Assembly: GCF_009914755.1 (NCBI RefSeq)
Contig: NC_060932.1
Reading direction: 5' to 3' (one strand)
DNA from: the human T2T-CHM13v2.0 reference genome, Homo sapiens
Length of the DNA stretch: 64,000 nt
Shown one piece after another: positions 15,911-27,506 of this stretch. Position numbers and translations under genes: made by a program. The notes under the pieces are model-generated. The model was given only the letters and a program-made list of their open reading frames with translations, ran no database searches and had not been told where the DNA came from. Numbering within the stretch: position 1 is the first letter of the stretch; each line of letters opens with the position of its first letter.

Positions 15911-16275
15911 ATCACGCCAATTAAGAATCATTAAAGGGGATTTAGGTTATCACATTCTCAGATATGCTCTGGGTTATCCTTAAGGTCAGTGTTTGAACAG
16001 CCAGTGAAGAATGTATAATATCACTTCTATCTCAAAATAATAGATGGTTAAAACCATGAAGTGTAGTTCTTCACCCAAATTAATCTGGAATGTACATTTT
16101 TACCATATTTTATAAGTTAAAAACAGTACTGAAATTTTAATCTTTAAAATTTACTTATTATTTTAAAATTAAAAATCAATTTTAACAAGATAAAACCATC
16201 ATAAAACATCTCTTTTCTAAGTAGAGCTGAAGGAATACAACTGATTGTTTTTTATCTGAAAAAAAATGAATTGTA

Positions 16276-16334
16276 AGAATAGAAAGTAGAGGGGAAGCTA
16301 AGATTGAGAATAGAAAGTAGAGGGGAAGCTAAGA
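16276..16334 (+). repeat. 31-bp-period tandem duplication
   Basis: agaatagaaagtagaggggaagctaaga exact at 16276-16303 and 16307-16334. Confidence 0.95.
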
Positions 16335-16900
16335 ACTAAGAAATTTCTGGTTGTTAGCTTAAGAACTTGGACTTTATTCTCCTAGTCATAGGTATTGAAG
16401 GTGTTTGAACAAAAGACATGTTAAAAATTTTTTTAAGATTTTTATTTTCAAGAACAATGTGATCTAAAATAGATTAGAAAAAGAAAATTGTGTGTAGGCA
16501 GGGGATCCAGTTAAGAGGTTGTCACCACACTCAGGTGAGGAGTGACTGATGTGTGAAAAGGAAGTAGAAATAGTGTGAATGACAAGGGAGATAGAATCTT
16601 CAACAGTATCACATAGAAAACAAAGTAACAGATTCGATCAGCAGCTATGGGTGGAGTGATTCAAAGATAAGTAGGAAGGAAGGATTATGCTAAGATGTCA
16701 AAAAATGGTAGCAATATTGAGAGAATTTGGAACTTTCAAAAGAAATCTGGTTTGTGGAAAAGAATGATGACAATAATTTTTTAGCAAAACTGCATCTGAA
16801 GTGGGAATAATACATACACACTGTTCCATAAGCAGATAGAAATGGAAGCATGGGGTTTAAATAGGGGTCAGTGTTAGGTAGATTGGAAAGCATCTATATA
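16335..16900 (-). mobile_element. L2 fragment
   Basis: gaacttggactttattct...gatccagttaagaggttgtc, typical of antisense L2. Confidence 0.55.
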
Positions 16901-16939
16901 TCTGCCTCTGTATATATTTCATATTTAAAGAGCTGTCAG

Positions 16940-17227
16940 CTTCATCCCACATGTTCTCATTTATAAGTGGGAGTTGAACAATGAGAACACATGGACACAG
17001 GGAGGGGAACATCACACACCGGGGCCTTTTGGGGGGTGGGGAGTAAGGGGAGGGAGAGCATTAGGAAAAATACCTAATGCATGCAGGGCTTAAAACCTAG
17101 ATGCTGGGTTGATGGGTGCAGCAAACCACCATGGCACGTGTATACCTACGTAACAAACCTGCACATTCTGCACATATATCCCAGAACTTAAAGTAAAATA
17201 AAACAAATTACAAAAAAATAAATAAAT
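16940..17227 (+). mobile_element. 5'-truncated L1PA (PA7-PA8-like) 3' end
   Basis: L1 3'UTR with G-tract and A tail; TSD aaagagctgtcag (16927-16939) / aaagggctgccag (17228-17240). Confidence 0.9.
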
Positions 17228-17629
17228 AAAGGGCTGCCAGTAGACACTAGGAGAGTAGGAGAAAGGAGGAATGGGGTACAAGTAAGTCCTGGAGAATTCT
17301 TTTATAGCAGTATCTTTGTTAAAATTGTCTTCATTACAATTGGATTTAACCTGATAATTTAAAATCACACATTTAAATGTGTACGCTACTTTTTAAAAAG
17401 CACTCTCTTACATATTTGGTGGAAAAGAAGTAATTCTGTTGAAATGCTTAAAAATGTTTCTTATTTCTATTGGTACTTATTTGCTTGCCTTGAGACTGCT
17501 GCAATAATGCTGTGTACCATAACAGTAGTCAGGAGTCCTGGCTTCATCGCCAATTCCATCACTCACCTGCTGATGCAAGCTCAGTATTTCTGGTCTCAAA
17601 GAACAGAAGCCAAGAAAGAAGCTAACTTT

Positions 17630-18060
17630 AAAGCCTCTCTTAAAGTCTCCTTCCTGAAATTATCTTTATTTTCACACCTTCAGAGCTTGTTTCAGGGAAG
17701 CGTTTACTCTGTGCATTAAGACCACAGAGCCCCACCGTCCTCCCTCTTATGGTTGAGTTGGTCCCCTCACCTGACAGTGGCAGGTTATCTTTCCTAAAAG
17801 CCTCTTATCACTTCTTCATTTGTTTTTTTAAATTAACCCAAATCTCTTTATCTGCTTTTCATTTCTTTGTTGAAACTCCTATAATGTCCTTTGAAAAAGG
17901 TAAGGACTAAGAGGACGTTGGTTTGCTCAAAGAGCTGACTTAGCTGTGCCAAGAAATCTGTTTAACTAACAGCATTTGGTCAAAGAGGGTATTTGTGTTA
18001 TCTGCTTCAATCACATACAGAGCATCTTTATGTTGTCTTGCATATTGATTTCCTTAGGTT
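17630..18060 (+). pseudogene. Pseudo-exons after the first EGF-like module
   Basis: IFTPSELVSGKRLLCAL (17668-17718) vs IYTQTVFHNSRAVDCQL; CPLKK|GTAAGG donor at 17900 vs CTIK; QEICLTNSIW vs ENVCIIDGLC. Confidence 0.6.
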
Positions 18061-18576
18061 TTCTTTATCTATAAAAGTCTACAATAGTACTTATGAATTT
18101 CACTTCCATACCTGCTTAGAGAAATGTTATGGGAATTGACGGAAGCAAAAAATTAAATCCTTAAAGGAAAATTCTACAGAAATTTACAGGTATACGGTAA
18201 TGACATTTGGGTCAAGGATGGACCACATATACAATAATGGACCCGTTAGATTATAACTGAGCCAAAAAATACCTATCAGCTAGTAACATAGGCATCAAAT
18301 GTCACACTGCAACACATTACTCACATTTGTGGTGATAACGGTGCGAACCAGCCAATTGTGCTGCCAATTGTAAAAAAGTATAAGTACATGTATTGTATAC
18401 AGTGCATAATACTTGATCATGATAACAAACCACTATGTTACTGGTTTATGTATTTACTATATTATGTCTTTTATCATTATTTTAGAATGTACCCCTTCTA
18501 CTTATTTTTTTTTTAAGCTAACTCTAAAACAGCCCCAGGCAGGTCCCTCAGGAACATTCCAGAAGAAGGCATTATT

Positions 18577-18874
18577 GGCTGGGTGAGGTGACTCATGCCT
18601 GTAATCCCAGCACTTTGGGATGCAGATGAGGGTGGATTGCCTGAGCTCAGGAGTTTGATACCAGCCTGGGCCACATGGTGAAACCCCATCTCTACAAAAA
18701 ATACAAAAATTAGCCAGGCATGGTGGCTTGCACCTGTACTCCCAGCTACGTGGGGGGCTAAGACAGGCTAATCACTTGAGCCCAGGAGACAGAGGTTGCA
18801 GTGAGCTGAGACTGCACTACTGCACTCCAGCTTGGGCAACAGAGTAAGACTCTGTTTCAAAAAAAAAAAAAAGG
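18577..18874 (+). mobile_element. Alu (J/old S) in Tigger3b
   Basis: TSD agaagaaggcatt(a/g)tt at 18561-18576 and 18875-18890. Confidence 0.95.
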
Positions 18875-19224
18875 AGAAGAAGGCATTGTTATCCCAGGAG
18901 ATGACTGTTCCAAGCTTATTGTCCCTGAAGATGTTCCAGCCAGACAAGATGTAGAGATTGAAGACAGTGATATTGACAATCTTGACCTTGTGTAGGTCTA
19001 AAGTAATGTGCATGTTTGTATTTTCATTTTTAATACTAAAATTTAAAAAGTGAAAACAAAATTAAAAATAGAAGAAGGCTTATAGAATTAGGATAAAAAG
19101 AAAGAAAATATATACAGCTATACAATGTATACTTTAAGCTAAATTATTATAATTATTATAATTAATTTAAAAGTCTATAAAGTAAAAAAGTTACATTAAG
19201 CTAAGGTTAATTATTGAAGAAACA

Positions 19225-19537
<313 letters not shown>

Positions 19538-19552
19538 TTATTGAAGAAACAA

Positions 19553-19828
19553 TTTTTTTTTTTTTTTTGAGACAGAGTCTTGCTCTGTCACCCATGCTGG
19601 AGTGCAGTGGCACGATCTGGGCTCACTGCAACCTCCGCCTCCTGGGTTCTAGCGATTCTCCTGCCTCAGCCTCCGAGTAGTTGGGATTACAGGCGTGCGC
19701 CACCATGCCCGGGTAATTTTTGTATTTTTAGTACAGACGGGGTTTCACCATGTTGGTCAGGCTGGTCTCAAACTCCTGACCTTGTGATCCACCTGCCTCA
19801 TCCTCCCAAAGTGCTGCGATTACAGGCA
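19553..19828 (-). mobile_element. AluSg-like, slightly 5'-truncated, in Tigger3b
   Basis: Poly-T then antisense Alu ending at gattacaggca. Confidence 0.9.
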
Positions 19829-20454
19829 CAAAAAATTTTTTTTATAAATTCAGCGTACCCTAAGTGTACAGTGTTTTCAAAGTCTATAGTAGCGAACAGT
19901 AATGTCCTAGGCCTTCGAATTCACTCACCACTCACTCTCCCAGAGCAACACCCAGTCCTGCAAGCTCCATTCATGGTAAGTGCCCTATACAGGTATACCA
20001 TCTTTTATCTTTTATACTATAATTTTACTGTACCTTTTCAGTATTCATATATGTTTAGATACACAAATATTTATCCTTGAGTTACAGTTGCCTACAGTAT
20101 TCAGTAGAGTAACATGCCATATAGGTTTGTAGCCTAGGGGTGATGGGCTATGCCATGGAACCTAGCTGTATAGTAGGCTACACCTAGGTTTGCCCAAGTA
20201 CGCTTTATGGTGCTTACAAGACAATGAAATCATTTGATATATTTCTCAGAACATATTCCTGTCATTAAGCAAGGCATAACTGTATCTATGTATGTGTGGT
20301 ATGTATGTGTATGTGTATTCATGTATGTATGGTATTTATATATAATATATAATGTATATACTACACGTATTGTAAGTGCATATATAATATATAATGTACA
20401 TTTTGTATGTAATGTACACACAAGAATAATGTATACACACAAACTCTTTCTTAA

Positions 20455-20861
<407 letters not shown>

Positions 20862-21039
20862 TAGTTTATACATGCATTCACATAAATGAAGAAATAGTAT
20901 GACACAGAGCAAAGAATAAATGCCATGTTACCAGACTGTTTCCAGCTTCTGGCTGAAATATCCCCCTGAAACCTCTGCATTTAATTCCTCCTTTTAGAGC
21001 TCATACTTACTCTCCTCTGTTTTATCTGATGACATTACT

Positions 21040-21308
21040 GTTTCAAGAATCATTTTCTTGTTTTATTTTTTGTGCTCCTACTATTTTTGGAAAGTTCTTT
21101 CTATTGACACCCATGGATACTCATACATCACTTTAAATGCTGAGCCATTGCCAATGGATTGGAATAACTGATGGGAAATTTAAAGAGGTGCCCCTGTATT
21201 CTCTTAATTAGAGGGATCATAACATTTCTCACTAAAACTAGTACATCATAGACATTGGAAGGGGGCGCTATTAATGATTACTTCAGGGAAACAAAAATCT
21301 ACCAAGAG
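21040..21308 (+). pseudogene. Pseudo-exon, cadherin-like segment
   Basis: WKVLSIDTHG vs YQFVAFDPEG; RGAPVFS vs EGASVSS. 21213-21308 GIITFLTKTSTS*TLEGGAINDYFRETKIYQE aligns ungapped to [32 protein letters not shown]. Confidence 0.7.
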
Positions 21309-21360
21309 TGGAGAGAGTCTTAGCAGGAACAGGAATGCCTTCAGGGTATAGGATTAAGTT

Positions 21361-21851
21361 TGCGGTAGATTCTTATTCAGTATATATTCCATTCTCCTCT
21401 TCACCCATGGGACTTGCTTTAGCCTAAGAGTGGACCAAAAGAATTCTGACTCCTTAATATCAAACATCTGACTCCTTAACTTTAGCCTCATGCTTGCTTT
21501 GGCGAATGAAATCATAGCAGCGGTGATGCGAAATGAGGTTGGAAACATGCCTTAGCTGTTGAACTTGCCCTCTCACACCTCTACCATCGGACAAGATGAG
21601 CTTCCCTTGGATAGTTCTTATTCCTTCAGCCTGGACTGTAGAATTAATACACCTGGAGTAAGCCTGAGCCCAGCCTACAGGAAGATACAAAGCCCAAGTG
21701 GACCCATGGCTTGCAGCAGAACCAGCCATGCCCAATTTAAATCAGCCAATTTGTATCCAAATCACATATAATAATAATTGCTGTTTTAAGCCACCAAATA
21801 TTGGAGGACATTATTATACAGCTTTGTTACAGCAATTGCTACCTAATATAC
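21361..21851 (+). mobile_element. MLT1 (H/I-like) ERVL-MaLR LTR
   Basis: cttgctttggcgaatgaaat...ccttcagcctggac...gctgttttaagccac...ttgttacagcaattgctacctaatataca. Confidence 0.75.
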
Positions 21852-22759
21852 AGGATTTCCCTTTATTGCATATAGGATTCCTCGTACTATATGGTAGCCA
21901 CTGTGCTAATCTCTGTACAGATACTGAAGAAAACCATATTCTTACCTTCGAGGAGCTTCTAGTTTGGGAAAAAATATAAAAGCACATTTAGAATTGACAA
22001 ATATTGCAAAGCAGTATTTCTCTAAGTGCCAAAAAATATAGCATTTAAAGGTATAAAGAGCATCAACAACAACACAAACAAAAATCTTTGTCCTGCCTGA
22101 GCCATGCATTATGTTATCTTTTGGGGCTTCTCTTCTTTCAACTAAAAATTGAGTGATTTAAACTAGGTTAGCCATGTGATGACTTCTAGAAAAAAAAAAT
22201 GTAAAATCCTGTGCTGACTCAGACAAGGTTGACCCCATGAAAGAAGAAGAATATCATAGAACAAAAATATAACACAATATAACACATAGTGCTTGGCCTT
22301 GAAAAATGGATTGAATTTAGATAGATTGGTGTATAAATATAAAATTATGTGACTAGAAGGTCAGAGAAGAAATCAAACATCTGTACCAATAGATAGTGTA
22401 ATTATGTAAAGGAAAGCTCTATATCATCTTGTATGTAGCTCCTTGAGACATGCTACTGCCAAAAGGAACACTCCAGGTATGTTCCTATTTGATGAGACTT
22501 AAAATTTATTCCATCTTAAAGACTGCCCTTTCCCCTGACTACCTCTGCATTCTGAGATTATAAAGTGTGGAACCTCTTCTATTACATTTTTAGAAAATTA
22601 CTCCAATCCTCGCCTTGTCCCTAAATAGGACTTAAAACTAGTTTTTGCCTCAGTGGCAAATCCATATAGCACAATCAAAAACTATGTCTCTACACATCAA
22701 AGAATATCCTATCAGTTTTGCAAAATTCAGTATGGCTTCCCACACAATCAGCTTCACTC

Positions 22760-22814
22760 TACAAATCACTGGAGATGGTGAAGATTTTACAAATCACTGG
22801 AGATGGTGAAGATT
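22760..22814 (+). repeat. 28-bp-period tandem duplication
   Basis: tacaaatcactggagatggtgaagatt exact at 22760-22786 and 22788-22814. Confidence 0.95.
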
Positions 22815-22991
22815 CTATAATAAAACCATGAACCAGAAATAAAATCAAAGAACAAGAGCTCTTTGCTCACTATGTGATGGCACAGCCTTAGAGTCCTAGA
22901 GCATCACTTAAAAATAAAAAATAAAAAAAAGCTTCGATTCAGCCACCTCGAAGAATAAGCACGTGTTTCTCATTATTATTTGCCTTTGCAT

Positions 22992-23230
22992 TTCTTGTTG
23001 TTATTACTTGTCTTTGCCTTTGGAGATCAATTTAGGATAAAGCTGTTTTCAAAAGGTTACAAAGTGACCCAGGGATTTTCCTGGAAGTTTAATTCTGTAT
23101 GCCACTGCTCCTCAGCTGCAGACTCTCCTTGGGAGAGTAAAATCTTTCCAAATGTCTAAACTTTGCAGTGTCAGTGGGATATGTAGAGACGTTATTTGAC
23201 AGAGGCTTTGTGTATGCTCTTCAATGCAGG
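22992..23230 (+). pseudogene. Pseudo-exon with two EGF-like repeats
   Basis: Decayed acceptor ctttgcAT. LVVITCLCL vs VTVKSCDCL; FPGS; VCHC; 23161-23223 LCSVSGICRDVI*QRLCVCSS has EGF Cys spacing. Confidence 0.75.
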
Positions 23231-23472
23231 CCTATGAAAAATAAATAAGGGAACAGAATAGTAACAACTGCACAAATGTCATAACTAGAGCACAAAGGAA
23301 TAATTCCTTGTTTCTCATGACTCTATCATTTAGTTTTCAAATTCTTAATTCATAATTTTAAAAGTACTATGCATTTTGATTTTTTCTTCTGTACCCAACC
23401 CTGTGCCATTTTCTAAACTCACTAGATAAAACTTTCTTTTGTAAATCTACTGAGAAAAACATTTTTTTTTAG

Positions 23473-23630
23473 GTTCTACCTGACATTGAATCTTCAAAGA
23501 AGATTCATCACAGTAACACTTAAAAAGTACACTCTTCAGGGAAAGGGGTGTGGGTGGATGTCTGTAAACACACCTTTATGCTCTTCTTTGAAATTATACC
23601 TGTAAGAGTTATTACACAGGAAATCCCCAT
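23473..23630 (+). pseudogene. EGF-like pseudo-exon candidate
   Basis: Phase-1 acceptor tttttttttAG; GST* where GxxC is expected; later NYTCKSYYTG. Confidence 0.45.
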
Positions 23631-24299
23631 GGATGACTAATACTTAAATTGAGTAAATATCTCACACACCGTAGGAATCCTAGAAGTAGCAACAGAGGAA
23701 TCAGCCAGTTGACCTCTGCTACACTTCTGAGAAAGGCAACCAAAGACATTCATGTCTTTCAATCATCACCCATTGAAAAATGATAAGTAATTAATTGTCT
23801 TTTTGTTTAACATAATGAGAAAATAAGAACTATTACCGAGTTCTCGTTTCACATATAATGCCACGTACTGCAGATATGGAATGAGTGGAGGGAAAGAGGG
23901 CTCTGTTGATTAATTGCATTGCCATAGTCCAAAAACAGCCAAAATATTGGTCCAAATAATTGATACAAATGTCCACCTAGGTTAATAGTTCCTTTAGTTA
24001 CATATCTTCATTTTGTGATTTTTTATAAGGAAACAAGTAATATAATTATTATTATTTCTTTAGTTCTAAGACCACAAGTAGGGATAGACCATGGAAGAGA
24101 CAGAACAAGAAACTAGAAATGGAAAAAATAGAGAAATCTGCAAACATTAGAAGTCTGGACGGAGATGTGTTTGAGAAACCACTTAGATACCTACAAACCC
24201 AGGTGCCAGAAACAAAGGTTTCACAATACATCAGAAACTGCACTTGAAATCAGGTACCACACAGATAGGTCAGCTGCTGAGCAGTAAAGACACTTAGGT

Positions 24300-24440
24300 C
24301 AGTGCTTCTCAAATTTGAATGTGCACACATGATACCTGAGAATCTTATTAAAGCGCAGCTTCTGATTTAACAGTTCCAAGGTAAGAGCTGAAGTGATGCT
24401 CCTGCTGACAGTTATTTACTACAGTTGGAGTATCAGGAAT
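24300..24440. mobile_element. MER5A-like hAT-Charlie element
   Basis: cagtgcttctcaaatttgaatgtgcacac...acctgagaatcttattaaa. Confidence 0.7.
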
Positions 24441-24581
24441 TCAGTCTACATGGAAATGGGGATATCAGAAAGTCAGTGAGGAAGCCTAGAGGGCTTATGC
24501 CTCCGCTTGTGCGCCTGCTTCTTGCCAACACAGGTAGAAACCCCAGAGCATGGAGAGCCTGCATCCCACAGATGGAAGCAG
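24441..24581 (+). pseudogene. EGF-like pseudo-exon candidate
   Basis: SACAPASCQH; phase-1 donor CAG|GTGAGC compatible with the next exon. Confidence 0.45.
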
Positions 24582-24809
24582 GTGAGCCATGCGAGGGTAA
24601 GCAGAACAGATTTTGTAGGAACAAGCATAAAGGCAGATACCAATATTATCCAATACAAGAGTGAAATCAAACAATTGTATTTCATTGACTTCCACATTCT
24701 GATTTTAAAGGGACCCCATCTATTCAGTATATGTTTGATACATGTTGCAGAGAAAGCTTTGGGTAACTCACATTGACTTATTTAACTCAGGATAATTAAA
24801 GATATCTCC

Positions 24810-25095
24810 AAGTATGCAGCATGAGACAATTTAACATAGTGTCCAAGAGTCTAAAGTTGTTGAAGTCAGACCATCAGCGCTTTAATTCTGATCTAATATT
24901 CATCAGCTATGTTACACAAATCAAGTTATTCAACCTCTCTGGGTCTCAGACTTCTCACCTGTAACATGAGAATAGGTGAGATTGGGGGGAGAGTAAGAAT
25001 ACCTATCTCATAAAATTATTGCGATGGCCAAATGACAATATGTAAAGGTCTTGGAAAAGTGCCTGCCACAGAGGAAATAAATGTGTGCTATCATA
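24810..25095 (+). mobile_element. MIR
   Basis: aagttattcaacctctctgggtctcagacttctcacctgtaacatgagaata. Confidence 0.75.
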
Positions 25096-26224
25096 AGACT
25101 TTGCCATGGTATTTCTTCAACCACCTTTCCCCTAATGCCAACTTAAAGACTTTTAGGTCCGCCCATGTTAACTCTAAGCCAGATAAGTACTTATCAGCAA
25201 CTTCTGACCTGGCTCTTGTGGGCTCCTCATACCCTTGGACACAGAAATAGAATTTCAAAGCACCTACTGACTTCATACAGCCCAAGGCTATTTTGTGGGG
25301 GGAAACCTATTCCTGCTCTCCAGCTGTGATCTCCTTTCACTATCTTCAATCCCAATTATCTCTCTTTTTCCTCAATTATTAACAAACTTTTCTAACTTCC
25401 TAGATGGAGTGCCCTGTATTTGGAAATATATGAGCTAATATCATTTACGGTTTTATTGAAGTATAATTTAAGGAGAAATATTTAGAAATACACATTTCAG
25501 TTCACCTAATTAGTAGATTCCTCCTACTACCACTTCATTTAGCCAATCATGTGCCAATTCCAAATTCTAAAATTTCTTCAAGTAACATTCCTCTTGAACT
25601 TGCCTCTTTCTCTCTTATTGGGTGTCACCTTCCTTCTAAACTCTATGTCTCTTACCTCAAGACTTGTAGGCTAATACAGTTATATTCTCCCCTTTCTAAT
25701 CATCTCCTACTCCTGGCTCTCCTGTGGCCCACTGCTTTATTAATGTTTCTAAAATACTGATTCATATCAGGTTTCTACTCTTCTCCAAAATCTTGTCTTC
25801 CATATAAAACCTAAGCTCTTTGCCCAACATAGCGAATCTATTTTACCAATCTGTATCCTATCCATCTTTCAAGGCAATAAATTGTGCATCATTCAATTTA
25901 TCTCTCATCCTTTCCTTAGGAGTCATTTTCCTTTCCTCTGTTACCTTTTTCATTTGACTCTCATGGCCATAAAGCATTCCCAAAGATATGCATGAAGTGA
26001 ATTCCATGAATTTGACTGGCAGTTGATTGGGGTGCACACATTAAGAGAAGAAAAACAGAAAGGACTCAGAAATACATTTACCCATATCTTTTCCTCAACA
26101 TTATAATTTCAGCTAAAGATTTACACAAAAGTGACATATACCAAAGTATGTCATGGCTTAAAACAAAGTTCTTGTATTGAATATGAGTTCTGTGATTGAC
26201 ATATTACCCATTGTTTGACCACAG

Positions 26225-26368
26225 GTCAACATATCTGAGCTGAACATGATCCCTACAACCTGCCTGAGATCACATTACCACGCCACACATGGGTACATAA
26301 AGCTGTCGGACTGTTATTTTAGAAGATGTGCAAGGAAGGACATGATGACACGGGTCAAATGTTGCCAG
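26225..26368 (+). pseudogene. EGF-like pseudo-exon
   Basis: Phase-1 acceptor tgtttgaccacAG; GQHI*AEHDPY...MCKEGHDDTGQM resembles the EGF pattern GxxCExxxDPC...CKEGYxGDGxxC. Confidence 0.5.
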
Positions 26369-26534
26369 GAATATAGTTCTATGGCATAATATAGCTGTTT
26401 AATGGTCCATTGATAGTTCCTCAAGACACCTGAGGAGTTTAAAGCTTTAGCCACCCAGGGTGTACAAAAAAGCAATAGTCAAACTGTAAAGCTTTACATA
26501 ACCTGCTTTCAAAGTATTTTTTTAATATCAAAAC

Positions 26535-26782
26535 CAATAAGACCTACTATTTGATAGTACAACAAGGTGATGATAGTCAGTAATAATTGTACATTTTGAA
26601 ATAACTAAGAGTATAATCGCATTAAAATACAAAGAAATGCTTGAAGAGATGGATACCCCATTCTTCATGATGTGATAATTAAAATTGCATGCCTGTATCA
26701 AAATATCTCAGTACCCCATAAATATATACACCTACTATGTTCCCACAAAGCTTAAAACTTAAAAATAAAATAAAATATAAAA
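26535..26782 (+). mobile_element. L1MA (MA1-MA3-like) 3' end
   Basis: gacctactatttgatagtacaacaaggtga...ggataccccatt...gtaccccataaatatatacacctactatgt plus A tail. Confidence 0.8.
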
Positions 26783-27506
26783 ACTGAGCTTAATGATTAT
26801 AGTTTTAAAGTTCAAATCCAGAGGAAAATGATAAAGATGGGAAAAGAGTAGCAAAACTATTTCTCTATCTCTTGTATTAATAAGGAAGCATGATTTACTG
26901 CTTATATGCTTCTCCTCCTTTTAAATCAGTGACATTTTTTCCACATTTGCTTTATATTGAATTGCCATGATAAAGAAGTATAAGACTATTTGGAAATGAA
27001 TCACTCCCATATTACTTTTTAAAAAATTAGTAATCAAAAACATATTTCTTGGAAATAAGTATATATATATAGTTTATATATCTAGAGAGAGAGAGACATG
27101 GATACACACACACATATATTTATATGTATGTATTTGTGTATTTACGTGTGTGTATAACACATAAATTAGGCACTATGCATCTGCAACTCACAATTGAAAT
27201 GGAGTTTAAATGGAGTTAAATTTAAATAGACATAGCCAGTTATCTCACACCGACAAGAACAGTTTCTACATATGCTGTCAGGTTCTATAACTGTGTCTTC
27301 AATCTCAGCCCAAATTCACATAGAAAGGATGAGGTTAGGGAGAGAGGAAGGTGAGAAGAAGAAACAAGGAAGAGAAAATAATACTTAAAGATAACTCTTA
27401 TACTTTAGGCAAAGGGTGCTACTTGAGTTTTCACATTTCATGATATAATCCGTTTCCAACTCACAAATTTAAACAAATGCCTTTGAACTCACATATTTTA
27501 ATTTCT

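Noticed and set aside
15980-16100. Possible extra pseudo-exon (GQCLNSQ...INLECTF)
   Set aside because: It lies in the expected position but needs several frameshifts; too weak to list as a feature.
19580-20080. 166-aa ORF, and the other Alu-overlapping ORFs
   Set aside because: Standard antisense-Alu and Tigger translation artefacts.
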